64,000 bases of DNA from the human T2T-CHM13v2.0 reference genome, Homo sapiens, in NCBI RefSeq assembly GCF_009914755.1, contig NC_060940.1. The stretch is one strand, 5' to 3'. Below, in pieces: positions 48,869 through 64,000 of this stretch. The notes beneath the pieces are model-generated. The model ran no database searches. It worked only from the letters and a program-made list of their open reading frames with translations, and was not told the DNA's origin. The number at the start of each line of letters is the position of its first letter. Position 1 is the first letter of the stretch. A program made the translations under genes and the position numbers.

Positions 48869-51800
48869 TTAGTCATTTCTTAACTATACGACCTTGGGTG
48901 GGCCACTTACTTAGTTTCTCATTACTTTGGTTTTCTTTCTTGAAAAGTGAAGAATTGTTTTCTTCACAGTTATAATTGTTTTCTGAAAATGTAAAACACT
49001 AGAAACATTGCCTGGCATTGAGTAAATTATTAGTTTTTATTATTAGTACTGATTCATATTTTTCCTACTTAAAATTAGATAACGACTCCTCATATTCTGC
49101 ATGATTTTATAGGATATAAGTTTAAATACAAATCAAGACATATTTGAAATAATGTTCTATACATTCAACCTCAGATTTATTCGATGAAACCCCACATTTC
49201 TCTCTATTTGATAGCGTAGGTGACATTCACATCCTATTTTGCCTCATTATTGAACAGTGTCTTACCTAATTTTCTAGATGTCATAATTTATTTACTCTTG
49301 TCTCGTTTTCATGATGGTGTGTATACTGCATATTTTGAGACATAGTACATTTAATTGAGTTATTTTCTTGCTCAAAAAGAAAACTAGTTCCACCTCCATT
49401 GAATCTTCAGTTTAAACTTAGAATTTAAAAAAACTGTTCTATGGCAATGATCATAAACTAGCAAATTGGTATCTCATGGGTTGGATTAAGGCTGACTGAC
49501 AGAATGACCTTGAAGGGCCATGTGTGTGCATGTTTACTCACCTTAAAATAAAAGAATTTTCTGTATGGATTTATTTTACTAAGATTAGTGAGCCTTTTAA
49601 AAGAGTCAGGTGCTTCTGATTCATCATATATGTCCCTGCCCAGTCTCTCTGTACTCACAAATCAGTCTGAGTGATGTAATATCATTTGAAGGTAGACTGT
49701 GATAAGTTAAAGCTGCATATTATGAACTATGAAGTAACTACAAAAATAAAAAGAGTTACACCTAAAACCTAATAAAGAAAAAAAGATCATAAAAATCAAT
49801 ATAAAGCAGAAAAAAATATGCATCAGAAAAGCATATGATAAAATAGAAAATAGTGAGATGTTAGACTTAAAACCAACAATACAATAAGTATTTTGGAAGA
49901 GTAGATGAAATATAAATTTGAGGCTACCAATTTTAAGTGGATTTTGAGGACAGTCACTGTATTCTTAAGAAAGTTCTATTAATTTTGCAAATACTTTGAG
50001 GGGTATAAAAATAGAGATATAATAAATTGTACACTAAAGACAATAAGTGATGATTAAGTACTTTAATTTATCACAGATGCTACGTATTTCCGAAATCCAG
50101 TAGAAATGTAATCAATTTGTTTGACAGAACTTCAGTCTTTCTATTAACAAGTCTTTCAGATCAAAATTAAAGAAAATCATATTGTATACTTGAGCGATGT
50201 CCTTTATAGGGTCTTCATCCTCGGTCATAGGCTCAATTGCACGTGTCTGGTAAGAATTATAAATAATAGGACAGTTATTTCAGTTAATATGTTCTGTTAA
50301 TCTATTTCAATTCAGAAAAAACACCTATTTAGTTTTAGGATCTAATATATGTGAACAAATTTGGGAGGATTTCTTTAATAATCTATATGCATTCTTTGTT
50401 TTACATTCTTTCAAGCAAACATATGACATGGACAAATATGTGCAAACACAAAATCACTGCAGTATATTAGAGTGGAAATGCAACGGCAGCATTATTTTTC
50501 AGTAAGTTCAGTAAAATATTTGAGTCATGCTGAGTACAAAATACTTTGTTAAGGCTAATTAGGTTGCAGATTATAAAATGTATTGGTAATAAATAGTACC
50601 AATAAATTAGACTCACCTTTCTCAAAAGAAAGTGACTAATAATATTTTGTTGCTGAGTTAAACAGAATAAATGTCTAAGAACTTAGCCAGAAGGCTGAGA
50701 TTTTAATTAGTTATTAAGGTGTTCAGGTTAATGTAAATCAGATTTGCCTTTCTAGATAAAGAATACAGATTGACAGTGGCATTAACATTGTCATTAAATC
50801 TTAAATAAACACTAATTTCCCAGTGCTTGCAAGAATCTGACCTGGAAAAAGATGAAAAAAAGGAGATACTATAGAGTTTTTTGTTAATTATCAAGCTTTT
50901 CCTTTGTGTTTTGTTTATCAGATATATAACGTTTGAAACTGAAGCTGATAATCAAATGAAATAGTTTTTAAAAACTACTTGTTGGAGTCAAATGACTACT
51001 CTTGGCTTTTCTTTCTTTTTTTCCATTTCCATTTATAATAGCCAAAAAAAGTTTCTTGTCACTGTTTCTAAATAACACCATGACCTCCTGCTCACAAATT
51101 AAAATGTATTGCAATTCTCTAAATAAGAACAATCTACCCTTTCTAAAATTTCAAATTAAATGTGCTTTATTTTTAGTATAGTGACCTACCCTGCATGTAT
51201 AAATTAAATGTAAGAAACATTTTATGTTTAGTAGGCTTGAAAATGAGACTATTTTTCCCTTATTTTTTCTCCTTAAAACTTATTAATTCCTTTTTATATT
51301 CTAGATCTATAAATACTAAAATATTCTATCTATTAACTGCTCTAATCTTTATGTAACAGTGTAGGTTCTACCCATGTAACAGATGAGGAAACCAAGGAGC
51401 ACAGTTATTTACTAACTCGCACAAGGCAAGTTTCAAAATTGTCTTTGAAAATAATGATTGCTTTTAAGGTTTATTCTATAATGGTTTAAGATCATGGGTT
51501 ACAGAAGTAGAACAACAGTGTCTAATTACTAGTTCTAATAATTCTTATCGGATTTGTTGAGATTTTATACACATACATGTTTGTTTTTGTGTATAAGTAT
51601 ATATGTAACAATGTATTACACATATGAATTAACTGTTTAATATGTGTGAACTATTATATTCATTACTTGGCATTAATGTTTAGGTTGTTTCGATTTTACC
51701 CTCAAAATGTAATGACTTTTTGAGAGCCTATATCAAATTATTGGAAATACAAATGTATTTTTAAAGGGATTAGGGATTCTTAGTATTTGAATATGAATTG

Positions 51801-51870
51801 TGAAGATTAGTATTGAAAAAACTCTTGGTAACTTAGCAGGAGTAGCTGCAAAGGTGTTCCTTCTTTTCCT

Positions 51871-52136
51871 AAATGAATTATAAAGTATAAGAGTATTAAA
51901 GTCTACTTGTTTTTACTGCTAAATATATATATATATATATATATGTAGAATTTGAAGCTTTAGTTCATCTAACTACGATTCCTCTCTCAGAGCCTTTCCT
52001 GAGGAAATTTTTTTTTTGGTGGAGAGACTGAGAACACGAGGTGCACAGTGACCAGCTAAAGGGAGAATGAGGCAGTTCCAAAATGAATTATAAAGTATAC
52101 GAGTATTAAAGTCTACCTGTTTTTTATTGCTAAAGT

Positions 52137-52203
<67 letters not shown>

Positions 52204-52275
52204 GAAAATGTAGAATTTGAAGCTTTGGTTCATCTAACTGTGATTCCTCTACCAGAGCCTTTCGTGAGGAAATTT
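51871..52275 (+). repeat. Local direct repeat (51871-52010 and 52081-52275), each copy holding a (TA)n tract
   Basis: AAATGAATTATAAAGTATA.GAGTATTAAAGTCTAC...(TA)n...GTAGAATTTGAAGCTTT.GTTCATCTAACT...GAGGAAATTT occurs twice. Confidence 0.92.
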
Positions 52276-53198
52276 CTTACCCTGGGCCGTCTGTCCTGTG
52301 TGTCTGTCCTCCTTGTGATCAGTTATTTGCACAGTGGCTCTGACCTGGCAGCCCACCTCTGGGTCCCCACTTCCCCAGAACTTCCCAGTCTGCCTTCTCC
52401 TGCCAGACACCCTGAGGCAGCTGTGTCCCCCAGACATAGCCTGGATGGGTGTGCACCTGTCCCCACCACCGTCTGTCACCTCTGCTCCACACCTGACCAG
52501 TGGCCAGCACCACACTGGGGTTGACTGCCTTCACCGTGTCCATGCCTGCTCCGGCAGTGGGAGCTCAGTGCCAGGCTGTGGGGGGCATCTTGGAAAGCAG
52601 AGGTGTCCCCGCAGGATCTCTATGAGACTCTGTGTTGTCGGTGGCCGCGCTGGTTTCCCCGGAGTAGCGCCCGATGTCACTGCCGAGACCTTAATGGAAG
52701 GTGCGCGTCCAGTCCTCGCACTGCTGTGTGTTCTGGTCAGAATGGAAGTGGTGGCCTCCACTAGGAGCTTCTGTGCTTTGGGAGAATTTGTCCAAACCGT
52801 GGTCCCGTTTGTTCTCCAATCCTGTGTGGACACCATGACCCAGTTGTGTAAACACAGGCCCCTTGCAGCTCAGAGGCTGCCCTCTGAGAGTCACCGTCGT
52901 GTCGCTTTGGGGAAAAGATGAGCCCGCCCGGTTCCTCTCTGTGCACCTCATGCCTGGGGCTCCGTCCCGTCCTGGGTGGGTTTTCACCTGCACCGCTGGC
53001 CCCTCCCCCGGGAGTGTTGGTGGAGCCGGCTTTCTCAGCCAGGAGCCTGTTGCGGGGTCAGCGGCTGGAGCTCAAGGTCGGCTCAGGGGACTTTCTCGTG
53101 CTGGAGGTTGGCTGCGGAGCAGCCTGCATTTCTCGGAAAACAGGGCCCAGGGCCTGCTCCACGCCGCTGTCCACGTCTTCACCATCCCCTCGTTGCAG

Positions 53199-53790
53199 GT
53201 TTGAGGCCAAGCTCAGACCTGTGGAGCAGAAGCTGAGTGCGCTGCAGTCCCCGCTGGCCCAGAGGCCCTTCTTCGAGGTGCCCTCACCCCTGGGCGCCGT
53301 GGACCTGTACGAGTATGCATGCGGGGATGAGGACCTGGAGCCACTGTGACGCCACCCATGAGAAAGCCGCTGCGGGGCCGCTCCACACGTGCCACGGCCA
53401 CCACTGGGACACCGCCGCTTGTGTAAAAACTGTTGTCTTTTGTGGAAAATGAGTGTGTTTGCATGGAATGATAAATTTTTATTTATTCACAGAAGCGTGT
53501 TGATTGCCGCTGTGGGTTCGTGGCTGGACCTGCCTAGAGCTCTGTGCCCAGGGGACACGTAGGGCCGCTCGTGAACAGGACAGGTTCCCACACTGACACC
53601 CTCCGGCACTTGCCGTTCCCGACTTGACCCGGCCTCAGTTCCGGGGCCTGCGTCTTTCTGGAAAGGGTCTGTGTGGGCACAAGGGTGACCGGCGGCTCCC
53701 GGGCGCCTTGCCAGTCCTAGACAGGAGTCTCCGCCATGGCCTGTATGAATGTTTTGTGTAAATGTACAAAAGCGTTTCTGGCGATCACAC
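53199..53790 (+). pseudogene. PPP2R3B: Unprocessed copy of the PPP2R3B (PP2A B'' beta, PR70) terminal exon; coding part 53199-53349, then 3'UTR
   Basis: Acceptor CATCCCCTCGTTGCAG ends at 53198, then FEAKLRPVEQKLSALQSPLAQRPFFEVPSPLGAVDLYEYACGDEDLEPL*. The PPP2R3B C-terminus as I recall it is FEAELSPVEQKLSALRSPLAQRPFFEAPSPLGAVDLYEYACGDEDLEPL. No upstream exons seen. The UTR end is approximate. Confidence 0.9.
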
Positions 53791-55438
53791 TTGTATTTTT
53801 GAATGAATGTTTGGAGGATTTTTCAGTCACGGGCTTGGCTCCCTCAGCCACAGCATGGCTCCTTTCAGAATTTACAAACGTCGGTGCTGGAGGGGGACCG
53901 CGGCCACGCCAGATGCATCGGGATGCAGGCTGGGCCTCTCTGAGGGGCGTCCTCCCCAGCCAGGGGGGCCCCACCCTTGGGCTGTTCCCTCCCAGAGCCA
54001 CGGACCCAGGCCACATTCCACAAACAACCCCAGAAGGAAGGAGCCCTTGCCAGAGTGAGGACGTCCACACCTGGGAGCCACGTGCAGCGACACCTAAATG
54101 AGGGGGTTCGGAGGCCCCGCCAGGAGGAGCCCTGTGTGCAGGGGAGGCCACGAGCCCCCAGGTCCCCCAGGGGCACCCGACATGGATAAGCCCAGGCCCA
54201 GCTCTGTTCCCTCTGCAGGCAGGGGAGGGTCACAGGTGGTGACCATGGGAATGACCCCGTCCTCACACAAGACAAAATGCTCCCCCAGGAAAGGGAGGTG
54301 GCAGCATCTACAGGGCAGGGCACAGGCGGGCAGGGCGGCCCTGGGCACTTGGTGGGGAGGGCAGGGCCGGGCCGGGCCGGGACCACCCCAAGAGCAGCAC
54401 ACACGCCCCGTTAATCTACTGGCAGCTGTGGCTGTGAAGGAGGTAGATGCACAGGGTGGTCCCATGACCCCTGAGGAGAGACGGTGCGGGCTCCAGGCAG
54501 TGGGTAGACTGGCCGCACCTCCCAGGGAAATGGCTGCTGCCCCCAAGGTGTCCTCTGTCACCAGGTGCTCCCCTGAATTCCCGGATGCCCCCACCTGGGT
54601 CTGCGAAGGGTCAGGGTCCCCAACAACAGGACAGGTGCAGGGCCGGAGAGTCTGACTGTGGCTGCTGCAGGGAAGTGACACTGGGAGCCACGGCCTGCAG
54701 GGCCCACCCTGCCCCAAGCTCCGGGAAGCCCATCTGGGAGAGCATGTCTGCCCCACACCACCTCAGGACACCCCTCACACACACCTATGAGCTGGAGCCC
54801 ATGGTCATGGGAGTGAGGGGCCAGAAGTGAGGGGTTCACCTCTGACTGGGACCCTCAGCTTCCCACACTGACACTAGGAGCCCCCCAATTGGGGTTCAAG
54901 GCTGAGACATCAGAAGCCTCCCTGGGGCTGTGAAACGAAAGACAGCGTCCCCCACCCACATCCCTGGTGAGGCTCCTGCACAGCCTGAGTGTCCTCCGAC
55001 ATCCCCATACCCACTGCATTCCCCAAGCACCCCGTCCTTCCCCAGCCACGGCCCCAGATGCTCTGGGCTGTGCCAGGGCCGGGCGTGCACACCCACACCT
55101 TTGCTGGAGAAGTGGGGGGTCCTCGTGGACGGCAGCGCTGTGGGGAGACCCAGAGCCCAGCGGTCGTGCCCTCCACGTGTTCTGGGGGTCCATTTCCCTG
55201 AGAGCTCATGTGTGAGGTGGGCCAGGGACCCCACAAGAAAAGCACCTGCATCACCCTCACCGTGGCCAGCGTCCAGCGTCCTGCTAGGACAGAAGCCAGG
55301 GTGTTCCAGGCAGAGGTGCCTCTGGCATCCCCACCTCACCCTCTGTGAATGACAACCTTGGGTCCCCGGCATTTCGTGGCCATCACCCCTTGGCGATCCC
55401 CACGCAGGGACCCAGCCCACCCCACCCCTCCCTCGCAT

Positions 55439-55504
55439 GGTCCCTTCATGTCAGACCCAAGAGTGTTCACGGGTCCCTTCATGTCAGACCCAAGAGTGTT
55501 CACG
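55439..55504. repeat. Perfect 2 x 33 bp tandem duplication
   Basis: GGTCCCTTCATGTCAGACCCAAGAGTGTTCACG occurs twice in tandem. Confidence 0.95.
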
Positions 55505-55589
55505 GGGGCAGCCCCAGGTTCACCCAGAAGCAGCAGGAGCTCTGTTGCAGGACGACCATGAAAGGTGACAGCCACTCCATGGCAACGAT

Positions 55590-56245
55590 GCCAGCCATGG
55601 CCCTGAGGTCCCCGGGCACATCCTTGTAGGACAGGACACAGCTCCTCAAGGTGCAGCAGGGGTGACAGGCACCACAGGCTCCCAGCACTGGCACCAGACT
55701 GGCATCCAGAGTGCTGTCCTGAGTGGCGGCCGGGATGGGCATGGCAAGACGGGCTTCCCAGAACGAGGGGACCCAGCCTGGGTGGGGGATGGGGCTTGGA
55801 CAGCCATGAGACGGGAGACACAGAGGAGATGGAGAAGGGGGAAATGGGGGAGAACTGGGGGGCATCAGATACAGGAATGAGGCAGAGCTGGACCCAGCCA
55901 TGGCTTGCAGCCCTGAGGTCCCGGGGCACCTCCTCGTGGGACAGGACACAGCTCCTCAAGGTGGAGCAGGAGTGACGGGCACCACAGGCTCCCAGCACTG
56001 GCACCAGACCAGCACCCAGAGCCCTGCCCAGAACAAGGGGGGACCGAGCCTGCGGAGGGATGGAGCCTGGACAGCCATGACATGGAGAAGGGGGAGTTGG
56101 AGGAAATGGAGATGGGCAAGACGGAGGGTACGGGGGAGATGGAGGAGATGGAGGAGAAGGGGGAGATAGAGAACGGGGGAGTTGGGGAAGAACTGGTGGG
56201 CATCAGATGCAGGAATGAGGCAGACAGGACCCAGCCATGCCCAGC
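55590..56245. repeat. Diverged tandem repeat, about 2 units of 300-340 bp
   Basis: CCAGCCATG...CCCTGAGGTCCC...GGACAGGACACAGCTCCTCAAGGTG...GGCACCACAGGCTCCCAGCACTGGCACCAGAC...GGGGGCATCAGAT.CAGGAATGAGGCAG repeats at about 55590 and 55892. Confidence 0.9.
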
Positions 56246-56667
56246 AGTTCCTAGAGGAGACACGGCTCCCAGGTGGGACTGGGAGGCCTTTATGACTCAG
56301 AGCCGGGGAAGGAGCAGAGGCCAGAGGTCGTCACCAGCACAATGCCCACTGGCCGCCTTGCTCAGGCCAAGGGGTTGGACCCCACATGGCACAGGAGCCC
56401 CGTCTGCTGCAACCCTAAGATGCACATCCTGTGGCTGAAAGAGATGCGGCCCCTGGGGCGGCGCAGACCCCACGTGGCACAAACGACCCGGCTGAGTCTA
56501 AAGCCTGCAGACAAGACCACTCACGCGGCAACACACTGCTGTGTGGCTACAGGAGGGGCCTCGAACCATGTTCCCCATGACCCACAGGCAGACCCTGGGA
56601 GGGCAGGGATGCCCCCCGTCGTGCCAACCTCTGTAGAAGTCACATCCCCAGCCTTGGCTGCTGCACA

Positions 56668-58630
56668 TGCCAAGCCAAGCCAAGCCAACCAAGCCAGCCA
56701 GCCAGCCAAGCCAGCCAGGCCGGCCCAGCCGGCCAAGCCAGCCAAGCCACCCAGCCGGCCAAGCCATCCAAGCCAGCCAACCAACCCAGCCAGGCAAGCC
56801 AGCCAAGCCACCCAGTCAAAGCCAGCCAGCCAGCCAAGCCAGCCAAGCCAGCCAGCCAGCCAAGCCAGCCAAGAGGCCCAGCCAGCCAAGCCACCCAGCC
56901 AAGCCAGCCAGCCAGCCAAGCCACCCAAGCCAGCCAGCCAGCCAGACAAGCCAGCCAGCCAGCCAAGCCAGCCAAGACAGCCAAGCCACACAGCCAGCCA
57001 AGCCAGCCAGCCAGGTAGCCAAGCCAGCCATCCAAGCCAGCCAAGCCACCCAGCCAGCCAAGCCAGCCAAGCCACCCAGCCAAAGCCAGCCATCCAGCCA
57101 AGCCAGCCAACCAGCCAAGCCAGCCAAGCCAGCCAGGCAGCCAGCCAAGCCAGCCAGCCAGCCAAGCCAGCCAAGCCACACAGCCAACCAAGCCAGCCAA
57201 GCCAGCCAGCCAGCCAAGCCAGCCAAGCCACACAGCCAACCAAGCCAGCCAAGCCACACAGCCAACCAAGCCAGCCAAGCCAGCCAGCCAGCCAAGCCTG
57301 CCAGCCAACCAAGCCAGCCAAGCCAACCAAGCCACCCAGCCAAAGCCAGCCAGCCAGCCATGCCAGCCAGCCAGCCAGGCCAGCCAAGCCACCCAGCCAG
57401 CAAGGCCAGCCAAGCCCGCCAAGCCACCCAGCCAGCCAAGGCAGCCAAGCCTCCCAGCCAAAGCCAGCCAGCCATCCAAGCCAGCCTAGCCAGCCAGCGA
57501 GCCAAGCCAGCCAAGCCACCCAAGCCAGTGAAGCCAGCCAGCCAGCCAAGCCAGCCAAGCCATATAGCCAGCCAAGCCAGCCAAGCCTGCCAGCCAGCCA
57601 AGTCACCCAGTCAGCCAGCCAGCCAGCCAAGCCAGCCAAGCCAGCACAGCCAGCCAAGCCAGCCAAGCCATCCAAGCCAGCCAAGCCACCCAGCCAGCCA
57701 AGCCAGCCAAGCCACCCAGCCAAAGCCAGTCAGGCAGTCAAGCCAGCCAGTCAGCCAAGACAGCCAAGCCAGCCAGGCAGCCAGCCAAGCCAGCCAGTCA
57801 GCAAAGACAGCCAAGCCAGCCAGGCAGCCAGCCAAGCCAGCCAGCCAGCCAAGCCAGCCAAGCCACACAGCCAGCCAAGCCAGCCAAGCCAGCCAGCCAG
57901 CCAAGCCTGCCAGCCAGCCAAGCCAGCCAAGCCACCCAGCCAAAGCCAGCCAGCCAGCCAAGCCAGCCAGACAGCCAGGCAAGCCAAGCCACCCAGCCAC
58001 CCAGGCCAGCCAAGCCAGCCAAGCCACCCAGCCAGCCAAGGCAGCCAAGCCTCCCAGCCAAAGCCAGCCAGCGATCCAAGCCAGCCTAGCCAGCCAGCCA
58101 GCCATGCCAGCCAAGCCAGCCAGCCAGTCAAGCCAGCCAAGAAATCCAGCCGGCCAAGGCAGCCAAGCCACCCAGCCGGACAAGCTAGCCAAGCCAGCCA
58201 AGACACCCAGCCGGCCAAGCCAGCCAAGCCACCCAGCTCGCCAAGCCAGCCAAACCACCCAGCCAAAGCCAGCCAGCCAGCCAAGCCAGCCAAGCTCGCC
58301 CGGCCAGCCAAGCCAGCCAAGTCACCCAAGCCACCCAGCCAGCCAAGCCACCCAGCCAAGTCAGCCAGTCAGCCAAGCCAGCCAAGCCAGCCAGCCAGCC
58401 AGCCAAGCCAGCCAAGCCACCCAGCCAGCCAAGCCAGCCAAGCCACACAGTCAAGCCAGCCAAGCCACCCAGACAGCCAAGCCAGACAGCCAAGCCAGCC
58501 AAGCCACCCAGCCAGCCATGCCAGCCAAGCCAGCCAGCCAATCCACCCAGCCAGCCAAGCCAGGCAAGGCAGCCAGCTAGCCAAGCCAGCCAGCCAAGCC
58601 AGCCAAGCCAGCCAAGCCACCCAGCCAGCC
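56668..58630 (+). repeat. (CAGC/CCAAG) GC-rich simple-repeat array
   Basis: About 1.96 kb of GCCA, GCCAA and GCCACCCA units, almost no T on the + strand. Confidence 0.95.
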
Positions 58631-59143
58631 GGAAAGAGAGAGAGAGAAAAGGAAGGAAGGAAGGAAGGACGGAAGGAAGGAAGGAAGGAAGGAAGGGAGG
58701 GAGGAAGGAATGAAGGAAGGGGAGAGAGAGAGAGAAAGAAAGAAAGAGAAAGAAAGAGAGAGAGAAGGAAAGAAAGAAAGCGAAGGAAGGAAGGAAGAAA
58801 GGAAGGAAGGACAGAAAGAAAGAGAGAGAAAGAACTAAAGAAGGAGAGAGAGAAAGAAAGAAGGAAGGAGAGAGAGAGAAAGGAAGAAAGAAGGAAGGAA
58901 GGAGAGAGAGAAAGAAAGAAGAAAGAAAGAGAGAAAGAAAGAAGGAAGGAGAGAGAGAAAGAAAGGAATAAAGAAGGGTGGAAGGAAGGAGAGACAGAGA
59001 AAGAAAGAAGGAAGGAAAGAAAGAAGGAAGCAAGGAAGGAAGGAAAGAGAAAGAAAGAAAGAAGAAAGAAAGAAAGAAAAAGAAAGAAGGAAGGAAAGAA
59101 AGAAGGAAGCAAGGAAGGAAAGAGAAAGAAAGAAAGAAAGAAA

Positions 59144-59215
<72 letters not shown>

Positions 59216-59228
59216 GAAAGAAAGAAAG
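58631..59228 (+). repeat. Polypurine (GGAA)n/(GAAA)n/(GA)n tract
   Basis: About 600 bp of nearly pure A/G, with a perfect (GAAA)n run near 59145-59213. Confidence 0.95.
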
Positions 59229-60311
59229 GTACACTGCTCAGGAATCTCCTTTTCCTGTGGCCGGGGCAAGATTCTTTGCATTTTTCTCTGCAGGGAAAAA
59301 ACAAAACCACACACTCACACACTACACACACACAGCAATAAGCTTTCATCCAGCCGGCACAAGACAGTTTCCTAGAGAGTCTGTACACAGTCACGGTGCT
59401 GGAGGCTCAATTTCAGATTGGGTTAAAGTGCCCTGCAAACGGGCATTTGCAGAGGGCATGGGAGAGGCTACTGGAGAATTAAGAGCTGCAGAGACGAGGG
59501 TCTCCGGCCATCACCTTTGCAGCTGTAGGAGAGAGGAGGTGATTAGGGAAGCTCCGTGTTCCCTTCTGAGCCTGGCAGGTGCGTTGTCCCCACCCTGCCC
59601 CCAGCACCGCAATGCAGGCCCTGCTTTCATATTTAGCAAAGGTAACTTCCTCTGGCACCCCCAGGCTTCTGCTTCCAGCACAGCGACTGTGACTTGGTGT
59701 TTGCACCTCGGTCCTCACAGAATTCGCCCACCTCAACTCAATCTTCCTCTCCTGGTGGTACCATTAATATTTTAATTTAATCAGAATTTCTGGGACTGGC
59801 TTGCCATCCTGAACAAACTAGTTACCTGTCAGCCTCTATCAGCTTGTCATATTAGAGAGGATTGTCCTAGGAATCTAATCTGCTTTAAATGATTTCGTGG
59901 GGTGTTGGTCTATAAATCATCTCGATGCAGGTCTGACAACGTGAAGGATTCGGTGGGTAAATAAACCACACTTGTTTTATTTTCAGCAGGCACAGACTTT
60001 GCTTTATCAACTTCTTATTGATTTTCGTGCTCCAAGAGGTCAAAAAAATGTTTTTGCTTCTCCTTTACATACAAAAACATTATTCATAGAAGAGCTGTGG
60101 GCAGGCAACTCTCATTAACATAAGTTCTGAGATTCGCAGGCGAGCTGGCTGGTTGGAGAAACGACACACACCTGTTTCAGCCAAGCCCCTGGTGGAGTTT
60201 GGAGTTTCCAAAACGTTGACTTTTCCTCTTTCTGCTCAAAATAGAAATTATATGGATATTAAGGAGCCCCAAGTCTCTTCAGGGATGTGGAGGAACCCTG
60301 GACATACAAAT

Positions 60312-60345
60312 ACACACACACACACACACACACGTACACACACTC
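60312..60345. repeat. (AC)n microsatellite
   Basis: Visible directly in the sequence. Confidence 0.9.
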
Positions 60346-60539
60346 ACCACCCCATGCCAAGAAGATACACAGTATACTCACTTACCCTTCACTTGAGTTT
60401 GCAAATTTGGAGCTGACTTAATGAAGGAAAGAAAAATTGCAGCTACAAAGTAACACAGAGCCAATGAAAAGACAAAAACCACGATTAGATTTTCTTCTCT
60501 TCTAAAGTTTTATTTTATTTTTAAGAATCATCGTTCAGA

Positions 60540-64000
<3,461 letters not shown>

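Noticed and set aside
52918-53198. N-terminal part of the 143-aa ORF 52918..53349
   Set aside because: It is read-through of intron sequence. Similarity to PPP2R3B starts only after the acceptor at 53198.
56521-59394. Minus-strand W/L/A/G-rich and F/L/S-rich ORFs that resemble membrane proteins
   Set aside because: They are antisense translations of the CAGC and GAAA repeats.

Overview
This is primate (very probably human) DNA with the structure of a pericentromeric segmental-duplication mosaic. It contains no intact protein-coding gene, RNA gene or prokaryotic system. From left to right: (1) a GC-rich leader and a degenerate CCCTG/GGCCCT (CAGGG-type) array, about 1-6870, containing an inverted cassette; (2) a GAAAT/GAGAT satellite, about 7880-11720; (3) an AT-rich block with L1s and possible fossil exons, about 11.7-20.1 kb; (4) a GC-richer Alu/MaLR/Tigger block; (5) a CpG island carrying an unprocessed copy of TTC28 exon 1 with a nonsense codon (32547-32648) and about 5 kb of intron; (6) a second, diverged copy of the leader and CAGGG array (38090-42064 matches 1-4094); (7) another AT-rich block; (8) an unprocessed copy of the last intron, last exon and downstream flank of the pseudoautosomal gene PPP2R3B, about 52276-56667; (9) a CAGC/CCAAG array fused to a GAAA/GGAA tract (56668-59228); (10) an Alu-rich end. 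The most testable idea is a chimeric + strand transcription unit joining the TTC28 promoter and exon 1 to the PPP2R3B terminal exon. Gene identities come from remembered protein sequences, not from a database search. Repeat boundaries were read by eye and are approximate. Nearly all long ORFs in the track are low-complexity or Alu artefacts.
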